Assembly (NCBI GenBank): GCA_043816005.1
Contig: JBDRIM010000040.1
Coordinates: forward strand, 1 to 45,345
From: Candidatus Micrarchaeota archaeon
Lineage (GTDB): Archaea > Micrarchaeota > Micrarchaeia > Anstonellales > Bilamarchaeaceae
Length of the DNA: 45,345 nucleotides
Reading direction: 5' to 3'
Of this stretch, positions 8,790 to 17,381 are shown in pieces (positions within the stretch are counted from its first letter, which is position 1; each line of letters begins with the position of its first letter). Under the pieces are notes generated by a model. That model saw nothing but the letters and a program-made list of their open reading frames with translations, was not told where the DNA came from and ran no database searches. Both the position numbers and the translations under genes were made by a program.

Positions 8790-9024
8790 GTTATAGAATT
8801 AGATAGAAAATGTTAAATAATGGTAGGATGCGGTTGGGTTTTAAGCAAAAAACATGTAAATTGCCAAATTATCACAAATTCCAGAACATTTATATATATG
8901 CACAATCCTAAAAAAGTAGGTTAGTTACGCTCGTTTTGAGTGCATGGGAGGATAACTGGTCGCCTTGCCAGCGCAGCAATGCGCTGGCCTAATTTTTAAT
9001 TGTATTTGAGCGTAAGCTATATTT

Positions 9025-9423
9025 ATGCGCAAAGAAAATTTTATCATTGGACTTGCATGGGAAGATGAAGATAGATGGGGAATTCAACATTTTAAGGTAG
9101 CGGCAGAAAATTTAGATGGTGCTAAAAATATTGCAGCAATGGTTGTTGCATCTGGATTGTATAGTTTTTTTTATGAGATAACATATGTTCTCTCAAAGGA
9201 CACCGCGTATATTTTTTCTGGTGGCCATTTTGGACCGTTATTTAAAAAAAGAAAACAAATTGAAATAACTGAACAAGAAGCAGAAGAATACAGAAACCTA
9301 ATAAAAAAATTAAAAGAAGATCAAAATTCTACAGCAAAAAAATTAATAGAGAAACTAGGATGTAAATTATTTGATAAGAAAATATATATTGGACCAGTTT
9401 TAGAAGAAAAGGATGACATATGA
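9025..9423 (+). CDS. Hypothetical protein
   Basis: 132 aa, ATGA-coupled to rtcA. Confidence 0.7.
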   Translation: MRKENFIIGLAWEDEDRWGIQHFKVAAENLDGAKNIAAMVVASGLYSFFYEITYVLSKDTAYIFSGGHFGPLFKKRKQIEITEQEAEEYRNLIKKLKEDQNSTAKKLIEKLGCKLFDKKIYIGPVLEEKDDI

Positions 9424-10382
9424 TTGAGATAGATGGTGCAACTGGTGAGTCAGGTGGACAGATTATTCGCACAGCAATGACACTCTCAGCCATAACAAAA
9501 AAACCAGTACATATAATCAATATTCGTGCGGGTAGACCAAACCCTGGCCTTCAAATGCAACATTTAACTGCAGTTAAAGCAGTTAGGAGTGTTTGCCGTG
9601 GTGTGCTTGAAGGAGCAGAATTAGGAAGTAAAGAATTAGTATTCAGACCAGGCGAAATTATTGGCGGTAAATATGAGTTTAATATTGGAACTGCAGGTTC
9701 GGTTACACTTGTAGCTCAAACAATCATACCAATTCTTCTTGGAGCAGGAAAAGAAAGTGAACTGAGAATAATTGGTGGAACTCATGTCATAAAATCTCCA
9801 GGATATGATTATTTTGAAAAAGTTTTTGTGCCTGCAATAGTAAAATTTGGTGCGTCTATTGAATCGAAATTAATAAGGCCAGGCTACTACCCAAAAGGTG
9901 GTGGAGAAATCGAAATTAAAATAAAACCATCAAAATTAACTGGTTGCGAATCGTGGATGCAAAATGAGGATGTCCAAGTAATATTAAGACTGTCTGACCT
10001 CCCTCTTCCAATAGTCATTAGAGAGAAAAAAATATTTGTACAAAATGAAATTGAAAAAGTATTTATTCGAAGAGATCCGGCGCTTTCACCTGGAAACGCC
10101 GTAACTGCATGGAAAGGGTATCGTGGCGCATATGTTGCTGGTGAAAAAGGCAAACGAGCAGAGGATGTTGCTCAAGAAGTAGTAGGTATGTTAAATGCAG
10201 AAAAAGACGATGTTGATTTACATTTGGCTGACCAAATATTGATTTATGCTGTTCTTGCAGAAGGCAGGACAAAATATAAAACCAGTAATATTAGTGATCA
10301 CTTAGAAACAAATGCAACAATAATCCAAAAATTTATAGAAAGAAAAATAGATATTGAAAACAGGACAATTACTCTTGATTAA
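9420..10382 (+). CDS. rtcA: RNA 3'-terminal phosphate cyclase
   Basis: IDGATGESGGQIIR, IRAGRPNPGL, IGTAGS, GYYPKGGG, catalytic His in DLHLADQ. Confidence 0.96.
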   Translation: MIEIDGATGESGGQIIRTAMTLSAITKKPVHIINIRAGRPNPGLQMQHLTAVKAVRSVCRGVLEGAELGSKELVFRPGEIIGGKYEFNIGTAGSVTLVAQTIIPILLGAGKESELRIIGGTHVIKSPGYDYFEKVFVPAIVKFGASIESKLIRPGYYPKGGGEIEIKIKPSKLTGCESWMQNEDVQVILRLSDLPLPIVIREKKIFVQNEIEKVFIRRDPALSPGNAVTAWKGYRGAYVAGEKGKRAEDVAQEVVGMLNAEKDDVDLHLADQILIYAVLAEGRTKYKTSNISDHLETNATIIQKFIERKIDIENRTITLD

Positions 10383-10947
10383 CATTAGTAATATCAAGAA
10401 CAGATCCGTTTCTGTGAATGTCTAATACATAATAATTATCAGCAGTTTGAGAGATCCAGATTACTTCCCAAGAATCTGATTTTTCTTTAACTGTCGGGAT
10501 GGCATTTGGATTGTTAAGTAAATACGTAGAAATTTGACCAGTGCCATATAGAGTGTGAGATGCGATTATCGCTTCTTCTGGAAATGCAATTGTACATATA
10601 CCAACAGTACAAACGACACAGTTACTAGTAATTACTTCTGGTGTTTGCGGAACAAAATTTTGTGCAGGATAATTATAGAAAATATGTGTTCTTTCTGGGC
10701 AAGGGGACTCTGCATTACTAGTTACTTTTGCTTTAACTTCAAAATATTTACCCGATGGGCCTTCTTTTGGGACAATAGACATGATTCCAATATCTGCCGT
10801 CGGATATTTTGAAATAAGATCCTCTTGAACAACATTACTTGCATCTGCTTCAACAACACTTATCTGAAAGAATTCAATTAATTTTACAAGTACTACAATA
10901 ACAAGAAGAAGCAGAATAATTAATAAGACCTCGCGCCGAATCTCCAT
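10369..10947 (-). CDS. Membrane-anchored hypothetical protein with Cys cluster
   Basis: N-terminal hydrophobic helix; CP...CVVCTVGIC. Confidence 0.75.
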   Translation of the reverse strand: MEIRREVLLIILLLLVIVVLVKLIEFFQISVVEADASNVVQEDLISKYPTADIGIMSIVPKEGPSGKYFEVKAKVTSNAESPCPERTHIFYNYPAQNFVPQTPEVITSNCVVCTVGICTIAFPEEAIIASHTLYGTGQISTYLLNNPNAIPTVKEKSDSWEVIWISQTADNYYVLDIHRNGSVLDITNVNQE

Positions 10948-11001
10948 AAAACCCTAACCCACTCAAGATTTTTATTCTTTGGCATACGAAGATCAAAATA
11001 G

Positions 11002-11331
11002 TCAGTCTTTATCAAGTGACAAAATTGCTTCGGCTATATCGCCATTAGATTTTTCTAATGCGCTTTTTGCATCATCTTCAGAACAACCTGCTTGTTCCAT
11101 TACCATCTTCACGTCTTCAACAGTTGATTTTGCTTCTTTTCTAACTTTACCGCTGATTTGAAATGAGAGTTGGCCTTGCATAGTAACTTGAACAACTTGT
11201 GGTTCTTCAATTATTATAGCACCAGAATCAGTTTCTATTGTAACTTTTGAGGAAACTATATCCTCGCTTTTTATGCCCATCTGCTTCATTAGGGCCTGCA
11301 TTTTTTTTGGATCCATTCCGCCTGGCATCAT
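11002..11331 (-). CDS. nac: Nascent polypeptide-associated complex protein
   Basis: MDPKKMQALMKQMGI, FQISG, UBA-like DVKMVMEQAG..NGDIAEAIL. Confidence 0.95.
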   Translation of the reverse strand: MMPGGMDPKKMQALMKQMGIKSEDIVSSKVTIETDSGAIIIEEPQVVQVTMQGQLSFQISGKVRKEAKSTVEDVKMVMEQAGCSEDDAKSALEKSNGDIAEAILSLDKD

Positions 11332-11386
11332 AATAACAACCTCATGTGGAGTGGAAGAACCACATTATAAAAATATTAGAGGTTCT

Positions 11387-11980
11387 TCATTTGAAGGTTT
11401 CTCCCCTTTCTGATTTGCGAATTTCAACACGCCTCATTTTAGTTATTTGTTTAAGCCTGCTGAATACTCTTGAGGACACTCTTCCGTACATGACATCCTG
11501 AATAACCTCGTCAAAATTCTTTTCAGTAATGGCTTTTTTGCATTCATCAACAATCACACTTCTAAGATTTCTCTTTGTATTTTCGCTGACTCTTGCACCA
11601 GTAACTGCAATTATTTTTAATCTAAGAGTATCGTTGTCTTTAGTTTTTTCATCAACAACTTGATGAATAAGTGACCTTCCTCTCCTAGCGAATGTTCTTA
11701 TGAATGAATTTGAAATTTCATGACCAATAAGTGTTGTGTATGCATCATTTCCTTGTACTTCCTTGATTCTAAAAAGCAATGTGGTGAACATCGCCATTTG
11801 GGACCCGCCACCTACACCAAGTTCCATTAAACTTGCTTTGACAATACGATTTGGTAATTTTGTATCATCAACAGCAACAACTTCGCAGATCTCTTTTCTC
11901 TCGAATAGTTCTGGAGCTTTTACTGAAAACCATTTCTTTGCTTTCCATTTATCGACTATTTTGACTTTTTTTCCTGCCAT
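11387..11980 (-). CDS. rps3ae: 30S ribosomal protein S3Ae (eS1)
   Basis: DKWKAKKWFSVKAP, RTFARRGRS, RRVEIRKSE. Confidence 0.96.
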   Translation of the reverse strand: MAGKKVKIVDKWKAKKWFSVKAPELFERKEICEVVAVDDTKLPNRIVKASLMELGVGGGSQMAMFTTLLFRIKEVQGNDAYTTLIGHEISNSFIRTFARRGRSLIHQVVDEKTKDNDTLRLKIIAVTGARVSENTKRNLRSVIVDECKKAITEKNFDEVIQDVMYGRVSSRVFSRLKQITKMRRVEIRKSERGETFK

Positions 11981-12096
11981 AAAAATTTCACCATTGTTTT
12001 TTATAATGGAAATTTTTATTATTGATCGAAACGTCGGTCAATGCCATAAAAATTTCACTAATTTTTATTATTGACCGAAACATCGGTCAATGCCAT
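11975..12096 (-). repeat. Start-codon double-hairpin element, 2 tandem units before rps3ae
   Basis: TGCCAT at 11975, 12042 and 12091; stems ATTGA(T/C)CGA-AAC(G/A)-TCGGTCAAT at 12021-12042 and 12070-12091. Confidence 0.9.
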
Positions 12097-12100
12097 AGTA

Positions 12101-12556
12101 TCACTTTACAAGTAATGCTGCTTTTTCTCTGTTGTATCTCCAACCAGTTGGGAGTGAACCCTTTGATATGTAGTACTTTGCTAATCTGTTTATTTTTGAT
12201 TCGACATGACCAAGTTTTACATTATTGTGTACATCGTTTTTGGTTGACTTTATATGACTTGCCATTCTAACTGCTTTTTTTATCAAATTAAGGATATCCT
12301 CAGGATATTCTCCGAGGGCATCTTCTTTTTTAAGAAATGCTCTAAGAGACATTCCAAGTTGCACTCTCAAATTAGCAACAGCATATTGATCACGCAATAG
12401 GATTCCAATTTTTGCAGGTGGAACACCTTCTCTCGCCATTTTTAGGATATATTCTTTGAGTTCAGCTGGCTTCATAGTAGACCAGCTTGGTGCAACATTA
12501 TCTTTTGGTCTTTTCGTACCGGATTTTCCTTTCTTTTTCGAATGTAATCTTGCCAT
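12101..12556 (-). CDS. rps15: 30S ribosomal protein S15 (uS15)
   Basis: MARLHSKKKGKSG, IGILLRDQY, PEDILNLIKKA, ESKINRLAKYY. Confidence 0.97.
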   Translation of the reverse strand: MARLHSKKKGKSGTKRPKDNVAPSWSTMKPAELKEYILKMAREGVPPAKIGILLRDQYAVANLRVQLGMSLRAFLKKEDALGEYPEDILNLIKKAVRMASHIKSTKNDVHNNVKLGHVESKINRLAKYYISKGSLPTGWRYNREKAALLVK

Positions 12557-12799
12557 AAAAATTTCATCTCCTCTTTTCTTTATGGAAATTTTTATAATTG
12601 ACCGTAACGACGGTCAATGCCATAAAAAACCTCTTTGTTTTTTATAACTGGTCGATATGTCGACCAGTGCCATAAAAATTTCATCTCCTCTTTTCTTCAT
12701 GGAAAATTTTTATTATTGAACAGATGTCGCGATCGTCGCAACGATCACGAGCATGTTCATGAACGAATCGTCGTTCATGACATCACCGTTCAATGCCAT
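12551..12799 (-). repeat. Start-codon double-hairpin element, 3 tandem units before rps15
   Basis: TGCCAT at 12551, 12618, 12668 and 12794; stems at 12597-12618 and 12647-12668, branched unit at 12715-12794. Confidence 0.9.
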
Positions 12800-12818
12800 A
12801 AAAAATTCATCTGAGAAT

Positions 12819-13370
12819 TCATCTTCTGTTAGTTAAAAGTTTAGAGAATTCTAAAAGAGATTTATATCTATGTGATAGCTTGTTTTTTAAGGTTATGCTT
12901 TCAGCGAACGTCTGATCGTACCTCGTAGGTACGAAGATGGGGTCATAACCAAAACCAGAAGAACCGCGCACCTTGTTTGTTATGGAGCCATCACATCTTC
13001 CAAACGAGGTTGTTGGTTGTTTACCATCACTGTATGCAATGCATGTCTCAAAATATGCACTACGGTTATGTGAGTCGTTGAGAAGTTTTAGAATTCCTTG
13101 AGTGCCTATTTTTTTCAATGCCCAACCAGAGAATGTTCCTGGAAACCCGTTTAGTTCTTTGATAAAAAGCCCAGTATCCTCTACAAAAACAGGCTTCGTG
13201 CATTCTTTATATGCAGCAGCAACTGCTTCACATGCGATTTCTTCAAGACTATCAGAACGGATTTCATTGTGAGTGAAAGGGAAATGTTTGATCGCGAGAC
13301 CGAAATCGCTAAGAATTTTCGATGCTTCTTCAAATTTGTGTTTATTGCTTGTTGCAAAATAGATTTCCAG
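12819..13370 (-). CDS. rdgB: Non-canonical purine NTP pyrophosphatase (RdgB/HAM1), 183 aa, apparent CTG start
   Basis: Continuous frame (L)EIYFATSNKHK..VEDTGLFI..NGFPG..GFGYDPIF..KNKLSHR; the ORF track shows only the last 99 aa. Confidence 0.92.
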   Translation of the reverse strand: MEIYFATSNKHKFEEASKILSDFGLAIKHFPFTHNEIRSDSLEEIACEAVAAAYKECTKPVFVEDTGLFIKELNGFPGTFSGWALKKIGTQGILKLLNDSHNRSAYFETCIAYSDGKQPTTSFGRCDGSITNKVRGSSGFGYDPIFVPTRYDQTFAESITLKNKLSHRYKSLLEFSKLLTNRR

Positions 13371-13409
13371 AAATTCACCAACAGTAGATTGAAAAGAAAA
13401 AAATAAAAA

Positions 13410-14045
13410 CTAATCAATAATTTTTAGTTTTGTTATTGGGATTGGTTCTGTACCAATTGCAACTTCGTGAGGTAGTGTAATGAGAAGACCTTGGAATCTT
13501 GTTTGTTGGTGTTTAGCAACCTCAAAATCCATTACTTGTTTAGCACTGTCATCATACAATGAAAGATGAATTGCAGTTTTCCAATAAAGTTCAGCCAATT
13601 CAAACAAAACAGCACTTACTTTTCCTTCGTAAACAAAAAGATCAGACATCTGCCTGAATAGTTCTTCTGTTGTATATTGCCTAAATTGTTTTTGTAAATG
13701 CGATGGAATCCTGCCAAAAATTGTGCCAGTTATACCCCAAGCAAGATCTAACCATGCCTGATGAAAAACCAATGAATCTTGATTTGCAGTTACTTGAATT
13801 ATTAATCCATCACCTGTTGATTGTGCCAATTTTTGGTTTGGCCATGCAAACATACCAACACGACGATGTTTGATTCCTAATCTTTCAGCAACAATATCAA
13901 ATGCAAAATCAACAACTTGAAGTTCTTTTGGTCTGTTTTTTGCAAGTGGTAATAGACCTTCAGTCATTATCGCACCAAGATTTGATCGGCTAGTTACGTG
14001 ATAAACCTTATTGGACGAAGCTAACATCTGATCTACCATTTGCAA
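13410..14045 (-). CDS. Putative ADP-ribosyltransferase-fold protein (DarT/Tpt1-like N-terminal motif)
   Basis: VYHVTSRSNLGAIMTEGLLP; candidate catalytic Glu in PHEVAI. Confidence 0.5.
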   Translation of the reverse strand: MQMVDQMLASSNKVYHVTSRSNLGAIMTEGLLPLAKNRPKELQVVDFAFDIVAERLGIKHRRVGMFAWPNQKLAQSTGDGLIIQVTANQDSLVFHQAWLDLAWGITGTIFGRIPSHLQKQFRQYTTEELFRQMSDLFVYEGKVSAVLFELAELYWKTAIHLSLYDDSAKQVMDFEVAKHQQTRFQGLLITLPHEVAIGTEPIPITKLKIID

Positions 14046-14167
14046 TATTTATTGTAGAATTCCTCGTCCTCGTACCCGACCATTTTGCAGTCTTTGCATT
14101 TTAGTTTCCTACCTTTATCTGGCATATCAAAAAAATCTACATACTCCCAGTTGTGTTGATCACCCAT
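14033..14167 (-). CDS. Small putative zinc-binding protein (44 aa; not in the ORF track)
   Basis: MGDQHNWEYVDFFDMPDKGRKLKCKDCKMVGYEDEEFYNKYCKW; GGTGGG upstream; stop overlaps the next ATG. Confidence 0.55.
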   Translation of the reverse strand: MGDQHNWEYVDFFDMPDKGRKLKCKDCKMVGYEDEEFYNKYCKW

Positions 14168-14292
14168 ATACCCACCATAGGAAATTGTTTCGAACATGTT
14201 ATTTTAAGTTAACTCCGAATTTTCTGAGTATTTACTCAAAATTATGTTAGATTTTAAAAGATATTGGAATAGATACTCCATTAATTGATAAA

Positions 14293-14739
14293 ATGACGAG
14301 TGAAATACTGGATGAGAAAGATTTTATGCTGATTGAGGAGCTCAGCAAAAATGCAAAGCTCTCAGAACAGAAATTGGCAAGGAAAACCAGTATACCCATG
14401 ACAACAGTGCACAACCGCTTGAGGAAACTGCGCGAGCTTGGCATAATAACGAATTATACCATTCGCCTCGATTATGTCAAGCTTGGCAGACCTCTGGTGG
14501 CATATGTACTTGTAAAAGCAATGCCGGGTGCAAGCCAACAAGAACTTCTTGAACAAATAGCAAAAATACCGAATATATGTGAAGTTGCAATGATAACTGG
14601 GGAATTTGACTTAATATTTAAAGTTAGAGTAAAAACTATGAAAGAGTTAAATGAGATGGTAGTACAAAAATTAAGAATGCAAAAAAATATTGGAGATACA
14701 CGCACAATGATAAGCTATGAGACAGTAGAGGTTTTTTAA
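14293..14739 (+). CDS. Lrp/AsnC family transcriptional regulator
   Basis: LDEKD..LSKNAK..TVHNRLRKLRELGII..ITGEFDL. Confidence 0.95.
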   Translation: MTSEILDEKDFMLIEELSKNAKLSEQKLARKTSIPMTTVHNRLRKLRELGIITNYTIRLDYVKLGRPLVAYVLVKAMPGASQQELLEQIAKIPNICEVAMITGEFDLIFKVRVKTMKELNEMVVQKLRMQKNIGDTRTMISYETVEVF

Positions 14740-14755
14740 ATTAAAACAGGAGGAA

Positions 14756-15583
14756 GTGATTATGAAAAATAAAAAAGAGGTTACAAAAAAACCAATAAAA
14801 TTAGAAGCGCAAAACAAACTCGCACAATCTGCTTCACAAAGTCAACCTGTGCAATCTGGATCTACCCAATCTCCAAAACCAGTAGAACCACCGAAATTAA
14901 CTCCAGAACAACAAAAGGTTCAGAATGAAATGAACGCAACGATTAAGGAAATAGAAAGTGCTTTGTATTCGATAAGGTTTTACCCCGTAGCAGTAAATGA
15001 AGAATCAAAACACAACGCAGTAAAAAAATTAGAGGGGATTTATGCAAAAGGAAACGAAACCGTACGCCAGCTTATGTTATATATGCTTCACGAAAACCTC
15101 GCTACGAGTATTGAACTAAAGATAACGCATACGTATGACTATTTCAAAATGAAAAAACAAAATCTTGAACCAAGTCAACTTAGAATTAATGTCTATCGTG
15201 CAATGTTTAATTATAACACTTCAATCGAGGGACTTATTGAAACAATACGGTTGTTGGGAAGATTAAGTGGGGATGATGCAGCAAAATTACTTACATATCA
15301 TTTTTCTCATCTTTGTGCTTATGAAAGTGAGGCAACTCATATGCTTCGTGCTGCAATATTAGAAGCTTTGGGAAAATCAGATTCGCAATATGCACTTAGG
15401 GCTCTTATGGATTATGCTGATTATAGTGACAATGATAGAACTTTCGGACGTATTGTGAATGCATTAACTGAATGGGACAAACGATTGGATAAAACAAAAC
15501 TAACAGAACCTGAAAAAGATGCATTGAAATCGAAACTTAAAGAATATATGAGCAGAGATATGAACGATAACCATTATGGTTAA
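14756..15583 (+). CDS. Helical (HEAT-like) hypothetical protein
   Basis: AGGAGG SD; repeats such as LRAAILEALGK, IRLLGRL, IVNALTEW. Confidence 0.7.
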   Translation: MIMKNKKEVTKKPIKLEAQNKLAQSASQSQPVQSGSTQSPKPVEPPKLTPEQQKVQNEMNATIKEIESALYSIRFYPVAVNEESKHNAVKKLEGIYAKGNETVRQLMLYMLHENLATSIELKITHTYDYFKMKKQNLEPSQLRINVYRAMFNYNTSIEGLIETIRLLGRLSGDDAAKLLTYHFSHLCAYESEATHMLRAAILEALGKSDSQYALRALMDYADYSDNDRTFGRIVNALTEWDKRLDKTKLTEPEKDALKSKLKEYMSRDMNDNHYG

Positions 15584-15592
15584 CCGGTTTTG

Positions 15593-16039
15593 TTATGTGG
15601 ATTTTATCACATAAAATCCATTATCAGTTAGCACTTTTGGAACACAAAAATCTTCTTTGGATGCTCCTATACCTACTGGTATATATAAACTGGTAACTGA
15701 TCCATTGATTGATCCGCATTCTTCTATGCTGGCATTATAATGTAGAACCACGACTGTGTAGTCTGGACAAATATCCGAACACGGAAACCATGCACGAACT
15801 GGTACTCCTTGATGATAACCTAAAATAAAATCGTTAAATACCATTGATTCTTTGTTTTCATTGAATGTTTGTGCATACTCCAAAATATCATTGTCAGTTA
15901 ACTGACTAGATTCATTATTTGAATTGTTAATGTTAGTTAAGTTAACTAAAGTCGGTTCTTTGTATGGATTGTTAATGCACCCAAAGAGCAAGATTACAAC
16001 TAATACGGATATTATTTTTTGCATATTCAATTGATGCAC
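15593..16039 (-). CDS. Putative lipoprotein / secreted Cys-containing protein
   Basis: Lipobox-like LLFGC, N-rich linker, CSDICP. Confidence 0.7.
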   Translation of the reverse strand: MHQLNMQKIISVLVVILLFGCINNPYKEPTLVNLTNINNSNNESSQLTDNDILEYAQTFNENKESMVFNDFILGYHQGVPVRAWFPCSDICPDYTVVVLHYNASIEECGSINGSVTSLYIPVGIGASKEDFCVPKVLTDNGFYVIKST

Positions 16040-16098
16040 TCAAAAATTATATATAGACTTATTTTGTTAGGTAACGACCGAATAATTTTCGACATGTA

Positions 16099-17097
16099 TT
16101 AGCTTAGATGAGTAAACTCCAACTGAGTTTTACATTGTTGATCTTCTTCCAAATATCCAGAGATAAAAAGCTTGAAATAACCAAGGTAGGGTATACGAAA
16201 TAGAACCCTGCCTCTTAATTGTTCTTGTGGCACAGGACCATTCCCCAAACCTCGCCCATAATCATAAACTTGAAGATCAAGAATTGGGTTATTGTCACCG
16301 CGGGTAAGATAATATGTTTTTTCATTAACATTTATTTTGAACATTGCCCTGTGGACTATATCCCCTATAAGTGAAAAAAGATCCCCGAGTGTTGGTTGGT
16401 ATACAATAACATCATCGGAAAAATTCGTCAGGTATTCATTGCCTTTGTAGGTTATTGATTTTAGACATGGTTCTGTAGTTTTAGTCCCATTAGAATAGGT
16501 TAGAGAACAATGTTCGTACTTGTATGTAAAGGCACCCTTCTGTTCAATAAGATCTTCCGGAGACTTGACAAAAAAATCGCAAACTTCACTACTATGAAAT
16601 TGTACACAATAGGAAAAAATTGAACCTTTAATGGTGAGATTATTATCGCCATAAAAAATAACAGCATCGTTGGTTAATGAATCAAGATCTGCTTGGTTCA
16701 TTTCGATTTCATATGCTTTAATTGGAGCACCTTGCACAACTACAAAATCACCGCGTTGGAGATTCGGAAGCATACTACAAGATACTACACCAGAGATTGG
16801 TGAACTTGTATTAAGTACAAACGATAGACCAAACCAAATTGCCACTGCCACACCAAGAGCTATTATAGTATCTACGATTTCGTGTTTCCACCCATGCTTC
16901 TTGGCACCGTCCTTGACTTCAAGACCAACAAAAGCAACTATTTCTATTACAACAACTATTGCAATAAGAAGGGGAATAAAACTCAACGTAGAATCACGAA
17001 ATAGATGGTTTGTGATTAGAAAAAGTGCAAGAGTTGCAAATAGTACGATAATCTGAAAATTTGATTTTTTCAGATATGGTTTGATTTTTTCGAACAT
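16099..17097 (-). CDS. Signal peptidase I (S26B, Sec11-like) with inserted domain
   Basis: VVSCSMLP.LQRGD, IVHR, TRGDNN, IPYLG. Confidence 0.88.
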   Translation of the reverse strand: MFEKIKPYLKKSNFQIIVLFATLALFLITNHLFRDSTLSFIPLLIAIVVVIEIVAFVGLEVKDGAKKHGWKHEIVDTIIALGVAVAIWFGLSFVLNTSSPISGVVSCSMLPNLQRGDFVVVQGAPIKAYEIEMNQADLDSLTNDAVIFYGDNNLTIKGSIFSYCVQFHSSEVCDFFVKSPEDLIEQKGAFTYKYEHCSLTYSNGTKTTEPCLKSITYKGNEYLTNFSDDVIVYQPTLGDLFSLIGDIVHRAMFKINVNEKTYYLTRGDNNPILDLQVYDYGRGLGNGPVPQEQLRGRVLFRIPYLGYFKLFISGYLEEDQQCKTQLEFTHLS

Positions 17098-17105
17098 CTA
17101 ACCAG

Positions 17106-17381
17106 CTATTTGACAACATCAAGAAACTGTTTTTTGAAATCAGTTACCTCGTTTTTTATCTCATCGAGTTTTTCAAGCAATAATTTACTTGCCTCGCCTT
17201 TTTTGGTTCTGAGATAAATTTTCGGGGTTGCAGTGATAGGATGTTCAACCTTATATGCAGCAAATTCAACATCACTGTCCTCATTCAATTTCTCGACCAA
17301 TAGCTGTGCTAACGATTGATCTGCATCTCCCAAATCCATTTCAATTATGTGTTTTTCATTAACCAAAAGTTTTACGTCCAT
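17106..17381 (-). CDS. rpoL: RNA polymerase subunit Rpo11 (L), 91 aa
   Basis: DSDVEFAAYKVEHP; start reassigned to MDVKLL; conserved csl4-rpoL pair. Confidence 0.92.
   Translation of the reverse strand: MDVKLLVNEKHIIEMDLGDADQSLAQLLVEKLNEDSDVEFAAYKVEHPITATPKIYLRTKKGEASKLLLEKLDEIKNEVTDFKKQFLDVVK

Noticed and set aside
8919..9019. HDV-like ribozyme, fluoride or TPP riboswitch
   Set aside because: No P2 partner after the stem-CTAA, and the consensus motifs of those riboswitches are missing
11975..12799. CRISPR array interpretation of the tandem units
   Set aside because: The constant part is only about 12-16 bp, the intervening segments are homologous palindromes of unequal length, arrays abut start codons, and there are no cas genes in the window
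12819..13417. rdgB as a frameshifted pseudogene (ORF track shows 99-aa and 78-aa pieces)
   Set aside because: Manual translation gives one uninterrupted frame from 13370; the 78-aa ORF is an off-frame shadow
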